From Candidatus Thorarchaeota archaeon (lineage in GTDB: Archaea; Asgardarchaeota; Thorarchaeia; Thorarchaeales; Thorarchaeaceae), in NCBI GenBank assembly GCA_046482545.1, contig JAWOEX010000008.1, forward strand, positions 1 to 59,601: a DNA stretch of 59,601 nt, given 5' to 3'. Below the pieces are notes generated by a model. It was given only the letters and a program-made list of their open reading frames with translations. It did no database searches and was not told the origin of the DNA. Position 1 is the stretch's first letter. Each line of letters opens with the position of its first letter. Positions 1 through 10,902 of this stretch are shown here, piece after piece. The translations under genes were made by a program, and so were the position numbers.

Positions 1-60
1 CAATATTCTAGCATATGCATATATTTTATCAAGTCTTTATCAGAGAAACACTATCCTTTT

Positions 61-3000
61 ATGACTCCGACCATTGAGGGGTGTAAGGAGTCGAAACGCC
101 TTTTGAGTAGCCGCGCATCACATTTGAGATTCTTGTTGATTGTAGCACTTGGAATTCTGTTAGTTATTTCTATGCCTTCTGTGAGTAGAGAAACCCACGA
201 TGATATGAAGAATGACCCTCCTTCACTAGGAGATTCGTCGAATGTCATCAGTGCCACCGGTGATGTGTATGATGGGTCTGGTGACTGGATTATCACACAG
301 CCCACCGTATATACAGACAACTTGAGTATAGTTGTCAATGGTGATATTCTTATTCAGAACGGTGGCTCTCTCACGTTAGAGAACTCAGCCATAAATTTCA
401 ACACCACTAGTCCACTGCTTAATGTAAGTGATGGGGGATATCTGGAAGGTCAGGATTCTAACATACTAGAAGAAGGTGGTGGAAGCGTGATTCACGAAAA
501 TTACAGTATCGAAATTTATGGGAATATTTCGTGGACCGGTGGATATTTCCATCACTTTGATGAAATCACGATAGACAACAGTACGCTGAATGCGACATTC
601 GCAAATTGTGATTTTGCATACGGCTCCGGACGAATTGATATCCGCCGTGCCCATTCTGTCAATTTCACTGGCTGCAACTTCTACGAGATTAATTGTGGCC
701 ATGCTCATTTGATAGATACAACCAATGGCAATCTTATGTTTAATGGTGGAGTGCTCATAGAAGATTGTACATTTGGAAGTGAATCACAATCTAGCCCAGT
801 AGTATCCGAGGGAATAATTGATGCTTACAATTTTGATTCTAGCGGAGATTTCAAGATATTGTCTAACTTTTTCTATGAAATCGTACCTTCTTCCTCTGGC
901 TACATCATAGACATGCACTATGTAGGAGAAAACTCCACAATTGCTGATAATCGGTTCATTAGATGCGAGAACCAGATTATCCGGATGTCTGATGACGGAG
1001 CGATTGTCTCGGGTAACAAATTCTTCAGTAATGATATTGGAACATTCGCTGATGTTCATATTATCAACATGAATTCGAATGACACGAAAATAGAGAAGAA
1101 CTTCTTTTGGAATAACACCGTTGATTCGGATATACATGTTACTTATGGAAACAACACGATTAGATGGAATACTGTTCTTGAGAGCCCCCGTAAGGCAATT
1201 GAACTTGATAAGGACGCTGATGGATGTATAGTATACGGAAATGCATTGTATTCCAATAATGTGGGTCTATACATATGGGAACAAGCAGAAAACCAGCAAA
1301 TCTACCTCAATGCATTTTTAGATAACGATCAGCACGCAGTAGACAAAAATGGAACAAATGCCATAACCTGGAACAATGGCACACATGGGAACTTTTGGGA
1401 CAACTATACCGGGGCACCGTCATCAGAGAATCCTTGGATCGGCGATTCTCCTTTCAGCCCACATGAGAATATTACTGATGATTACCCCTCGTTCATGATA
1501 GGAGCTCTGCCTCCATCATCTGACAAATGGGAAACTGATATACCCAATATATTCGCCGTCAACAACCTCACAATTGACGGAGATGTTGAGGTCAGTGGAC
1601 CAACCGGATCAATTCTTCTTCTCTCCAACTCGTTGAGAAACACTGGAGGAAGAGAATTCACTTTTGGTGAAAATACAGTCTTCATGCTTCAGGATGCTGA
1701 AGTCACAACCACCAGTCCTACAGCCGAACTGGGTGACTTCCACTTGACGGATGTCTTTTACTTTGGAGTGATTGAGTCATCGATAAGTAACATTCACTCG
1801 GAATTCGGTCAGAACGATTTCACAGTGTCGGCTCGAATGGTAGACATTGAGAACAGCACTTTTGGCAACATACCTGGCATGAGAATAGACCTGCATTCTG
1901 ATTATACCTCTCTGGTTGTTGACTGGGAGCCATTCGGTATGTGCACCATCGAGAATAATGTCTTTGAGGAAGTCAAAGGGGATTCTTCTAAACCTAATGC
2001 GATGCATGTGGAATGGCCGAATATCAATTTCAAAAACAACTCTGTCAAAGCTGCTTCTCCAAGCAGGGAAGTTCAACTCTTCTCACAGTATCAAACAAGC
2101 TATCCCTATGATCTGTTTGTGACCGCAGAAGGATGCACCATAGCGAACGCATCTTTGAATGTGACAGCTATTGGAGACGCAACTGCCAATATTACCAACT
2201 GTGAGATTGATGAAGGAATCATCGCATATTCGCGATTCAGCAATATCTATGATACAAACGTCTACATCGTTGGGAATACCATCACCTCAGGTGGGATACA
2301 AGCAGGAGGTCGCATGTGGGGAGCTACAGAGTGCTATGCACATCTTGACCTGAATGATAACAATGTAACAGGTACCACTGATCTTGTACGCCTTTCAAGC
2401 TGTACTGCTAACAACAATACTTTCAACGATGACCTATGGCTGGAGGATAGCAGTGACTGTACCTTTTCTAGTAGCGATATCAAAGCCAGTATAGATTTCG
2501 ATGGACCGCTGAGCAGTATAACCTTTACAGACGTTGTCTTCAATTCATCAGGCACGATTGACATCGGGTCAACTGGTGGTACATGTCATTACCTCACGTT
2601 TGATAACTGCACTTTCGATATGATAGCCTGGCAGTTGTGGTCTAATTGTCGGTTTGTCAACTTCCTCGATAGTACATTCTATAGTGGTCTTGATATTGCC
2701 CTTACTCCAGTCCATAATGTGACGGTGCAATCGAGCGAGTTCTATCTGAGCGGAGATACAGCTATCCATATCGACGGCAATAATGCTACAATCGTCGATA
2801 ACACCATTGTCAACTCGTCTCATGCAATAATAATCGAAGGCGGGTCTTCACAGGGCAAGAATCCAATAGTGAACGGAAATCGGATAGCCAATATATCCGG
2901 AAACGGAATTGATATCGCGCCCGACGCTTCAGAAGTGCAGATTGAAGGAAACAGGATATCAAACTGCTCTGGTTTCGGAATCCGTGCACGTTACGTAAGC

Positions 3001-6000
3001 AACCATTCAGTGGTCAGCAACAATTATGTGGAGCTGGCTGGGAGCTACGGCATCTATATTGAAGCCTATCCCACTGGAGCGCATGGTTACTTCAGCAATG
3101 TCACACATAACGTTGTGCGGTTGTGTAGTGGTGATGGATTAGAGATTGAAAAACTCTACAACAGCATGATTTTCAACAACACACTCACCATGAATGGTGG
3201 TTTTGGTGTCGTGCCTATCAGTTGTGGTGACGCGGCTTTCTGGATGAACATACTCTATGAAAACGATGCTGGCAACATAGATGGTGCCGGAGGAATGCAT
3301 TTCGATAATGGCACCCTTGGCAATTTCTGGGGCCCCTCAGGACCCGATGGCAATGACTACTATCATGGTTATGATGATGGCGGAAATCCTTGGATTGGTG
3401 ATATTCCTTATGAAGTAGCTTCTGGGAATTACGATAATTACCCGCTTTTACACAACCAACCGATGTTCCTCAACGAGCCCAATACTATCAATGACATATT
3501 TGCAATCAACTTTCGGCTCATCGTCCTCAACACAACTTTATTCCCACAAAAGCACATGTATCTGTGGGAGAATGGGAATCTTACCCTGATAGGCACCACA
3601 GTTGAGTTTCAGTCTGATTCATCCACGATACAATACGTAGTCGTAGAAGACGGATGTGAGTTTAGACTAATAGGTGGAGCGACCATTACAGCCAACAACA
3701 CTCAAGCAACCTATGGGTTTGGTCTCAGAAGTGGCGCCAGACTAGTAATCGACAACGCCTCAATCTATCGATGCGGCTACGGAGCAGGGAATCCGGGATT
3801 CCTTGTCAACATCACTACGGTCTCATTCAACAATCTGCGTGTAGGAGATTCCAGCATCGGAATGGAGCTCTATCAAATAAGCCTGAATGTTTCGAATCTT
3901 AGATTCACGGATTGCGGAGTAGGCCTTCTCGTGAGAGAATGTTCTTCTTGCAACATCAGTGGTCTTACTTTCAGCAATGTTGACAGCGGTTTGCAGCTGA
4001 ATTCGTCTAGCGATTGCACAGTCTCCATGAACGACTTCACGGGATGCAATGACTACGGGCTGTCCATTGATGACGCATCGAGCAGCAATATTATCGAAGA
4101 CAACATATTTGGCCAGATCCCTGGTACGGCACTCTACATCTCTTCAAGCGGTAATGAAATCTATCTAAATGCATTCGCACAGAATGGCTATCATATCGAC
4201 GAAGAGGGCAGTCTGAGCAATACGTACAACAACGGCACTTTCGGCAACTTCTACTTAGATTACGAGGGCGTGGATGATGATGGGAACTTAGTTGGAGACA
4301 CATCATACTCTTCAGCTATTTCTGATGTCGTAGACACTTTGCCTGTGATGGTATTCGGCAACTTCCCAACACCTACAGGATGGACAATATCAAGGACTAC
4401 GGCTGCACTGAATACAAACTACACGATGACCGGCAACGTAGATATCTATAGCAATCTTATGTTATTCGATACCAGACTGTGGATTAATTGTACATCCACT
4501 AACCAATACAAAATCAACGTATATGATGGTGGTAGTTTAGGCGTTTCAGGGGCTATATTGAGAGCCTTGAATTCTACGTACCGATTTGGTATATCAGCAG
4601 CAGAAGGTTCATCGTTGTCAATTGACAATGCACGCCTAATTGACCTACACGAATTCCAGTGTTATACATCCGACATTCAGCTCACCAACGCTACTTTCAC
4701 AGACGTATACGACGGCCTACGGTTGCTTGGCACGGGAGTAACGAATCTTGTTCTTCAGAATTGTACTGTTGATACAGCAGAACGATATGCAATCTACGTT
4801 AATCAGGCTTCTAACGTCACTATTCTCGACTGGGTGTTCTATTCTGTCAACACAGGTGTATACTACGATGATAGTATTGGCACTCTGAGAGTGGTTAATT
4901 CTACATTTCATATGGCTGGTTATGTTATCAATGGACATACTGCTGACATTCTTTTGATTGAGGGCATCGAGGCCTATCAAGCAGTCACTCGAGGGATCAG
5001 GTGCTACTATGTAGATAATGCTACCATTCTGGATACTCACATCGAGATGAATGGTGGTGGAAGAGCCTTCGACATGGACGATTTCGCGTCATACTATCTC
5101 CTCCAGAATTCGTATGCATTCAACGGAACAACGGGTGTTCGAGTATACAGCCTATCCAATGGTACAATAGATGATTGTGAGTTTTGGAACTTTACAACAG
5201 GCATCTATATGGATCATTTTGGTGATCCCCTGCGGCTCAATGTCACAAACTCACTATTCTATGGATGCACTACTGGATATAGAGGACATCAGGACGGGTA
5301 TGTACTCGTTTATGGCAATACCTTCAGGTACTGTGGCATGGCCATCAATGCTTTGGATTCAGAATGGTCCTCATTTCGGAACAACCAAATCTTCGACTCG
5401 GACTATGGATTCTATACAACCTACAATGCTTTGCATCATTGTGAGATGGTAGGAAACTCCTACACCGACACTGATTACCCAATCTATATCGAGGGAACAC
5501 AAAACAACTTCAACATTGAGAACGAGACGATTCTGAATTGCATTGACGGAATAACTCTATCAGGCTCGTGGATTGAGAATGTTACAATCCACAACATAAC
5601 CATTACTGGAGCATCTGGGGATGCAATCTACCTGAAGTACTCCAGAAACGTGTTGCTGTCCAATCTTACGCTGGAAAACTTCACATATGGAATCTTCTTC
5701 GATTTAGAAGCAGGACCCATACTCATGAATGCGAGCAGTCTGACCAATGGAGATTGGGCCATCCATCTGGAAGAGCCCTCTCTAACCATGAGAGATTGCA
5801 CGATTTCGGATATGGTGTCAGGAGCCTTTGAATACGAAGATCTCTGGTTCCCTGACCTCTATCTCGATATCGACACTAGCAACATCTACGATGGGCTACC
5901 AATCTACTCGTACTTCAATGTGTCAAATGCTGTCATCTCTGGTCATGAGACATATTCTCTGTCTGTAGTCCAATCGAGCAATGTGACGGTGGCTCAGTTC

Positions 6001-8193
6001 CAAGTGCATCGTGGGGATGATTTCCTCATCTTCGATTCATTCAACATTACCGTAACCAACTCGACAATCTACAGCGATATTTCTATGGAAGGTACCAACT
6101 ATACTTTCATAGGAAACCAGCTAGACAATGTCACTATTGACTTCATTAGTAGCATGGACAACCTTACCTTCATGCTCAACGCGTTTCTTACTGAGTATGA
6201 TTTCACCAATGGTTGGCAGGTAACCGGTTTTTACTTGAATGGCTCACAGTACGGCAACTACTGGCACGACTATTCCGGTACTGATTCCAATGATGACGGT
6301 ATTGGGGATGAACCGTTTAACGTTCCTATTACTTATGTTGGGTCTGACTATCTGCCTTTGATGACCAACCCTCTGGAATTCACTGTTGTGATAACGATAT
6401 ACTCGCCTTCTGACGGGAGTACTCTGCAAGGAATCGCAAACGTATTGGTCAACGTCGATGTTACCACAGGCTTCTACTACGAAGAGGGTGTGTCAACAAG
6501 CACTATCATCACCATAAATGGTACCGAGATAGCAACTGGTGGCGAGGGTGACATAGAGATCGATTGGAACACGACCGAACATGCGGATGGTTGGTACACA
6601 TTCCAAGTCACTACCACCGTGAATGACGTTGAAGACTTTGTTGAGGACATTGCAATCACGTTGGACAATACGGCACCCGTGTTGGATCCTTCAATAGAAG
6701 ATGGAGAGGCGACATCTGATAGCACACCTCAATGGCGGGTAGATGCTTCGGATGAGCTTTCAAACTTGATTTGGATTGCGGTTTATCTCGATGGTTCCGA
6801 GGTGAAGAATGAAACAGCATCGGGTCAAGGCGATTATCTTTACTTCCCCCTCGATTTGACCGAGGAGAGAAGCTATGAGCTTTGCCTATGCTCGATGGAC
6901 GAAGTTGGCAATCTCGCACAGGTGAATCTGACTATCTACTATGATACGACCCCTCCTGAGATTTCTTCCCCTAGCGACATAAGCTATGAATCAGGAACCA
7001 CGGGGAATACAATCACTTGGGTGGTAAGTGATCTTACCCCAAGCCACTATAATGTGACTATCAACGGTGAATCTTCGACACATGGCGATTGGGATGGCTC
7101 AGACATTGAAATCAATGTAGATGGGCTTGACATTGGATTCAACACAGTAAGCATTCAGGTGCACGACCGGGCTGGCAACTATGCAACAGATTTAGTAGAA
7201 GTGACTGTTACCGTAGCAGATGCACCTAGCATTGACCATCCTACAGATATCGAGTATGATGAGGGTTCGACAGGGCATAATATAACCTGGAACCCGGATG
7301 ACCCTAGTCCAGATTCGTATGTTGTGTTCCGAAATGGATCAGAAGAAGAATCCGGCAATTGGGATGGTTCATCAATCACGGTGTCAGTAGATGACCTTGG
7401 ATTAGGAGTCTACAATTTCACAATAGTGGTTAACAATACAGGCGGCTATTCAGTAGCGGACATTGTTTTCGTGACAGTAGTAGATGGTACTCCTCCCATA
7501 ATCAATCATCCACCTGATTTCAGCTATGATGAGGGAGCCACCGGCTATTCCATAATCTGGTATCCGGACGATGAACACCCTGCGAGTTATGAGATATTCA
7601 GAAACGGAACACTCGTAAAGTCAGGATTATGGAACTCTAGCGAAGAAAGCATTGAATTCAATGTTGATGGTTTGACCGCAGGAGCATACAACTTTACAAT
7701 CGTTGTGGCTGATGTTGGAGGCAATACAGTATCAGACGAAATCATTGTTACAGTGAATCCAGACACAACTATTCCTGAAATCAATCATCCCGACGATATC
7801 AGCTATGAAGAGGGAGATACAGGAAACACGATCATATGGAGTCCCAGTGACGACCACCCCTCAGGATACGAGATATTCAGAAATGGTACGCTCGTTACGT
7901 CAGGGGCTTGGAATTCGTCATCGGAGGATATCACTATCTCCGTTGATGGGCTTAACGTTGGGATCTGGAACTATACGATAGTTGTGACAGATGCAGGTGG
8001 TAATACTGTAAGTGACACAGTCCTAGTCACGGTATTTCCATCCGATACCACAACGACTACCACAGGCACTACTGAAACTACAACTACAGGACCAACTCCA
8101 GCACCATTCCCAGTTGAAATGATTGTCGCTATCGTGGGCGCAGTAGCGGTCATCGCTGTTATCATTGTAGTTGCTATAAAGAAGCGGAAGTAG
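61..8193 (+). CDS. Giant cell-surface glycoprotein: four NosD/right-handed beta-helix (CASH) modules, Ig-like repeats, Thr-rich linker and C-terminal TM anchor (2710 aa)
   Basis: N-terminal hydrophobic signal. Many N/I/G-rich beta-helix repeats. Four NGT-x-GN(F/Y)(W/Y)-type module ends (WNNGTHGNFW, FDNGTLGNFW, YNNGTFGNFY, LNGSQYGNYW). Tandem ~90-aa repeats P-I-x-HP-x-D-x-YxxG..W..D..P..Y..NG..VDGL..G.YN.TI. TTTTT linker, TM helix and KKRK tail. Confidence 0.85.
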   Translation: MTPTIEGCKESKRLLSSRASHLRFLLIVALGILLVISMPSVSRETHDDMKNDPPSLGDSSNVISATGDVYDGSGDWIITQPTVYTDNLSIVVNGDILIQNGGSLTLENSAINFNTTSPLLNVSDGGYLEGQDSNILEEGGGSVIHENYSIEIYGNISWTGGYFHHFDEITIDNSTLNATFANCDFAYGSGRIDIRRAHSVNFTGCNFYEINCGHAHLIDTTNGNLMFNGGVLIEDCTFGSESQSSPVVSEGIIDAYNFDSSGDFKILSNFFYEIVPSSSGYIIDMHYVGENSTIADNRFIRCENQIIRMSDDGAIVSGNKFFSNDIGTFADVHIINMNSNDTKIEKNFFWNNTVDSDIHVTYGNNTIRWNTVLESPRKAIELDKDADGCIVYGNALYSNNVGLYIWEQAENQQIYLNAFLDNDQHAVDKNGTNAITWNNGTHGNFWDNYTGAPSSENPWIGDSPFSPHENITDDYPSFMIGALPPSSDKWETDIPNIFAVNNLTIDGDVEVSGPTGSILLLSNSLRNTGGREFTFGENTVFMLQDAEVTTTSPTAELGDFHLTDVFYFGVIESSISNIHSEFGQNDFTVSARMVDIENSTFGNIPGMRIDLHSDYTSLVVDWEPFGMCTIENNVFEEVKGDSSKPNAMHVEWPNINFKNNSVKAASPSREVQLFSQYQTSYPYDLFVTAEGCTIANASLNVTAIGDATANITNCEIDEGIIAYSRFSNIYDTNVYIVGNTITSGGIQAGGRMWGATECYAHLDLNDNNVTGTTDLVRLSSCTANNNTFNDDLWLEDSSDCTFSSSDIKASIDFDGPLSSITFTDVVFNSSGTIDIGSTGGTCHYLTFDNCTFDMIAWQLWSNCRFVNFLDSTFYSGLDIALTPVHNVTVQSSEFYLSGDTAIHIDGNNATIVDNTIVNSSHAIIIEGGSSQGKNPIVNGNRIANISGNGIDIAPDASEVQIEGNRISNCSGFGIRARYVSNHSVVSNNYVELAGSYGIYIEAYPTGAHGYFSNVTHNVVRLCSGDGLEIEKLYNSMIFNNTLTMNGGFGVVPISCGDAAFWMNILYENDAGNIDGAGGMHFDNGTLGNFWGPSGPDGNDYYHGYDDGGNPWIGDIPYEVASGNYDNYPLLHNQPMFLNEPNTINDIFAINFRLIVLNTTLFPQKHMYLWENGNLTLIGTTVEFQSDSSTIQYVVVEDGCEFRLIGGATITANNTQATYGFGLRSGARLVIDNASIYRCGYGAGNPGFLVNITTVSFNNLRVGDSSIGMELYQISLNVSNLRFTDCGVGLLVRECSSCNISGLTFSNVDSGLQLNSSSDCTVSMNDFTGCNDYGLSIDDASSSNIIEDNIFGQIPGTALYISSSGNEIYLNAFAQNGYHIDEEGSLSNTYNNGTFGNFYLDYEGVDDDGNLVGDTSYSSAISDVVDTLPVMVFGNFPTPTGWTISRTTAALNTNYTMTGNVDIYSNLMLFDTRLWINCTSTNQYKINVYDGGSLGVSGAILRALNSTYRFGISAAEGSSLSIDNARLIDLHEFQCYTSDIQLTNATFTDVYDGLRLLGTGVTNLVLQNCTVDTAERYAIYVNQASNVTILDWVFYSVNTGVYYDDSIGTLRVVNSTFHMAGYVINGHTADILLIEGIEAYQAVTRGIRCYYVDNATILDTHIEMNGGGRAFDMDDFASYYLLQNSYAFNGTTGVRVYSLSNGTIDDCEFWNFTTGIYMDHFGDPLRLNVTNSLFYGCTTGYRGHQDGYVLVYGNTFRYCGMAINALDSEWSSFRNNQIFDSDYGFYTTYNALHHCEMVGNSYTDTDYPIYIEGTQNNFNIENETILNCIDGITLSGSWIENVTIHNITITGASGDAIYLKYSRNVLLSNLTLENFTYGIFFDLEAGPILMNASSLTNGDWAIHLEEPSLTMRDCTISDMVSGAFEYEDLWFPDLYLDIDTSNIYDGLPIYSYFNVSNAVISGHETYSLSVVQSSNVTVAQFQVHRGDDFLIFDSFNITVTNSTIYSDISMEGTNYTFIGNQLDNVTIDFISSMDNLTFMLNAFLTEYDFTNGWQVTGFYLNGSQYGNYWHDYSGTDSNDDGIGDEPFNVPITYVGSDYLPLMTNPLEFTVVITIYSPSDGSTLQGIANVLVNVDVTTGFYYEEGVSTSTIITINGTEIATGGEGDIEIDWNTTEHADGWYTFQVTTTVNDVEDFVEDIAITLDNTAPVLDPSIEDGEATSDSTPQWRVDASDELSNLIWIAVYLDGSEVKNETASGQGDYLYFPLDLTEERSYELCLCSMDEVGNLAQVNLTIYYDTTPPEISSPSDISYESGTTGNTITWVVSDLTPSHYNVTINGESSTHGDWDGSDIEINVDGLDIGFNTVSIQVHDRAGNYATDLVEVTVTVADAPSIDHPTDIEYDEGSTGHNITWNPDDPSPDSYVVFRNGSEEESGNWDGSSITVSVDDLGLGVYNFTIVVNNTGGYSVADIVFVTVVDGTPPIINHPPDFSYDEGATGYSIIWYPDDEHPASYEIFRNGTLVKSGLWNSSEESIEFNVDGLTAGAYNFTIVVADVGGNTVSDEIIVTVNPDTTIPEINHPDDISYEEGDTGNTIIWSPSDDHPSGYEIFRNGTLVTSGAWNSSSEDITISVDGLNVGIWNYTIVVTDAGGNTVSDTVLVTVFPSDTTTTTTGTTETTTTGPTPAPFPVEMIVAIVGAVAVIAVIIVVAIKKRK
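6946..8040 (+). repeat. Four tandem ~90-aa Ig-like repeat units within the surface protein
   Basis: Units begin TPPEISSPSD, DAPSIDHPTD, TPPIINHPPD and TIPEINHPDD. The last two share DNA strings (aatcaatcatcc, gagatattcagaaa). Confidence 0.8.
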
Positions 8194-8374
8194 AGCTATT
8201 CTACTTCCTACTCTCACTAAGCAGCGAACTGCTTACATGATTCATTTCATAGCAACGAGATCGGTATGGTGTGCTTCTCGTCTTACGATAGACCTAGGCT
8301 ACCAATATTTCTACTAGGCTACTAAATCTATTTTTGTCCAAATCCTCTTGTGCATATTCTCAAAAGAATCAAAT

Positions 8375-8929
8375 ATGATGGAAGACGAACGTGGTAATTA
8401 CGGCTTTAAGCTTGTTTTCTGGGGTTTGTTGATTTCAGTTCTTTACTTTAGATTGCATGGTTTCAATATCATTCCGGATTTTCTTGGATACATTGCGATT
8501 TTCGTTGGGCTTGGAAGCACAAAGGAACTTAGTTCACAATTCGAGCTCTCTCGAATCGCTGTTCTAATCCTTGTGCCTTTTTCGCTCGCTGATATCTATG
8601 AACCACCTACGGGTCAAATCACATTCTGGCCTATCTCTGTTCTCTCGTCTATTCTTTATCTAGTGTTCACATGGTTTCTTCTAGGAGGGCTCGTAGAGAC
8701 TAACAGGAATTACGACAATCCTTCCCTATCTAGTCTAGCTGAGAAAGTGCAAATTGCCGCCGCATTTGTTCTTCTATTTCCGGCTATTATTGCCTTTCAA
8801 CTAAGCCTTATTTTCCCGCCGCTTGCTATTATCATCACAGCAATGGGGCTTCTTGTCGGGATAATCGAATTATACGTAGTATATCATACTGCTGAGACCG
8901 TCGAGAATAAGCACGAGAATCATTTGTAG
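8375..8929 (+). CDS. Hypothetical multi-pass membrane protein
   Basis: About 5 hydrophobic segments and an NIIPDFLGY motif. ATG at 8375 preferred over the upstream TTG. Confidence 0.7.
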   Translation: MMEDERGNYGFKLVFWGLLISVLYFRLHGFNIIPDFLGYIAIFVGLGSTKELSSQFELSRIAVLILVPFSLADIYEPPTGQITFWPISVLSSILYLVFTWFLLGGLVETNRNYDNPSLSSLAEKVQIAAAFVLLFPAIIAFQLSLIFPPLAIIITAMGLLVGIIELYVVYHTAETVENKHENHL

Positions 8930-8995
8930 GGAAAAGATACACATACAAGGAAGGGTTTTCGCATTCTTAGATTTCTCTGGGAATGCAAATCAACG

Positions 8996-10084
8996 ATGCC
9001 ACGGACACAGATTGACTACGTCAAAGGTCAGGCCTATATAACTCGCAATGGTGAACGAAAGCCGCTTGAAATCAACATCGGGGAAGACGATTCATGGTTT
9101 ACCCTCAAAGATGGCGATATACTCGAAACTGAATCGGACAGCTATATAGTCCATATACAAGAATATGGGCGTCCAAGTGGGACAAATAGAGTCGGTGTTG
9201 GTCCCGATACGAAATTGGTTATGAAAATCAGTGGAGGTGTGATTGAGCAAATTGACCTGAAACATGGTCAGTTGACGCTGTCTGCAAACATGCCAGTTGC
9301 TACATCTATAGGTACTGTGGAATGTGCGCCCGAAGAATCACAGTACTCTGATGAGATTCTCGCAGCAATTCGTCTTACAAATAAACAACTGGACGCTGCC
9401 AACTTGGGTGGTGCGCCTCTGAGAGTTAGGGACAACACAAGCGGAGAAACGCTGTTGGTTACAGCCAACACTGCGGGGGACTATGTGTATGAACAGGTAA
9501 CACTATCCTCCGCTGGAAGCAAACTGGAAGAGATAACTACTCAGATGAAATCAATTTTTCACAAAATTGAGAATGAACTGGCAACCGAGAAAAGAGAGAA
9601 CCTGATGAAGGCCATGGGCGCTGATGACCCTGGCAAGCGCTACGTAGAAGGAATGGAGAAGATGATTGCAGATATGCGTCAAGATATTGAAGAACTTGAG
9701 AAGGAAGGAGGGGCTCCGAAAGAGCTGAAAAGGGGTGTTAAGAAGCTGGAGATGCAACTGAGTGACGCCAAGAAGGAGCTTAGAGAAAAGGAGATGCAGA
9801 AGCGGCAAGAAGAGGTGAAGAAGAAGGAACATGATGAATGGGAGAAAAAGTTTGAAGCCCGCGAAAAGCAATTCGAACGAGATTTGGAGAAAATGGCCGC
9901 AGAAGTAGATTCACAAAGTGCCACCAGTACCACAGATGAGATGACAGACCTGGAGAAGAAGATACAAGAGGCAGTATCGGAAATTGACTCAGACACGGAG
10001 GGAAGTGCTGGCTCGGATCATGATTTCAGTGAACTTGAGAAGAAGATCGAAGCTGCAGCCAAAGAACTCGACGAAGATGAGTGA
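8996..10084 (+). CDS. FecR-like beta-domain protein with a long charged coiled-coil C-terminus
   Basis: YVKGQAYITRNG...LKDGDILETESDS...VGPDTKL...LKHGQL...TSIGTV follows the FecR-type pattern. The C-terminal half is E/K-rich and helical. Confidence 0.55.
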   Translation: MPRTQIDYVKGQAYITRNGERKPLEINIGEDDSWFTLKDGDILETESDSYIVHIQEYGRPSGTNRVGVGPDTKLVMKISGGVIEQIDLKHGQLTLSANMPVATSIGTVECAPEESQYSDEILAAIRLTNKQLDAANLGGAPLRVRDNTSGETLLVTANTAGDYVYEQVTLSSAGSKLEEITTQMKSIFHKIENELATEKRENLMKAMGADDPGKRYVEGMEKMIADMRQDIEELEKEGGAPKELKRGVKKLEMQLSDAKKELREKEMQKRQEEVKKKEHDEWEKKFEAREKQFERDLEKMAAEVDSQSATSTTDEMTDLEKKIQEAVSEIDSDTEGSAGSDHDFSELEKKIEAAAKELDEDE

Positions 10085-10163
10085 GGATTCCTGATCTCCA
10101 ACCTATTGCCTAATGAAAATACAAATATACAGTATTTCTGCGAACAATTTCAACCCTCATTGA

Positions 10164-10180
10164 ACTGATATACTATCAGT
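10164..10180. promoter_or_regulatory. Inverted repeat ACTGATA-TAC-TATCAGT upstream of the TMEM165/GDT1 gene, possible operator
   Basis: Perfect 7-bp inverted repeat with a 3-nt spacer, about 50 nt before the start, overlapping an AT-rich TATA-like segment. Confidence 0.35.
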
Positions 10181-10226
10181 ATGTATCAATTAGGGTCGCA
10201 GTCCGTTTCTCGGAGTTTGAATCAAT

Positions 10227-10790
10227 GTGATTATTGAGAGTTTCTTCCTAGCTCTTGTTACCGTATCCGCCACCGAACTTGCTGACAAAACAATGCTTGT
10301 GGCAATGTGTTTTGGAGCAGAACAGCAGAATAATGGGCGGATTCTATTGGCTTTCGTTTCAGCTCTGATGGTTTCAACCTTTTTCGCCACAGTGCTAGGT
10401 AGCGGTTTGCGGGCCATCATACCGATAGATTGGCTGGTTTATGTATCGGGAGTCTTGTTCATCCTACTGGGTATCCACTCGATATTTTTCCGAGATGATG
10501 ACGAAGAGACTACTTGTCCTCCTGATGCAGAATTGGGCGCCATGTTTTCGACGGTTCTTGTTTCGGAGTTGGGCGATAAGAGTCAACTGGCAATCCTGGG
10601 TTTGGCTGTAAACTCCGCTTTCCCATTTTCTGTTTTTGCCGGTGCTATTACAGCTTTCATCGTAGTCACTATGCTATCAATCGGTATTGGTTCTACACTT
10701 GGCACATTGAGCGAGAAAAGCACTATCCACAAGATTGCTGGTGTCATATTCGTTGTTGTTGGTCTTCTTGTCATATTTGGAATTCTATAA
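10227..10790 (+). CDS. TMEM165/GDT1 (UPF0016) family Mn2+/Ca2+ transporter
   Basis: Two copies of the E-x-(G/A)-D-K-(T/S) signature (ELADKT, ELGDKSQL) and about 6 TMs. Confidence 0.9.
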   Translation: MIIESFFLALVTVSATELADKTMLVAMCFGAEQQNNGRILLAFVSALMVSTFFATVLGSGLRAIIPIDWLVYVSGVLFILLGIHSIFFRDDDEETTCPPDAELGAMFSTVLVSELGDKSQLAILGLAVNSAFPFSVFAGAITAFIVVTMLSIGIGSTLGTLSEKSTIHKIAGVIFVVVGLLVIFGIL

Positions 10791-10902
10791 GATTCAGAAG
10801 AAACGGAAGAAGCTTGATTCTCGCTGAGCTTGAATTGGAGACGAGCTGACAAGAACCGATTAAGACAAAAAGGGGTGTTTGCTTCACACAGAAGGGAATG
10901 CC

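Noticed and set aside
6946-8100. CRISPR array or non-coding repeat
   Set aside because: The repeats are degenerate, in-frame protein domain repeats and Thr codons. There are no identical direct repeats with spacers.
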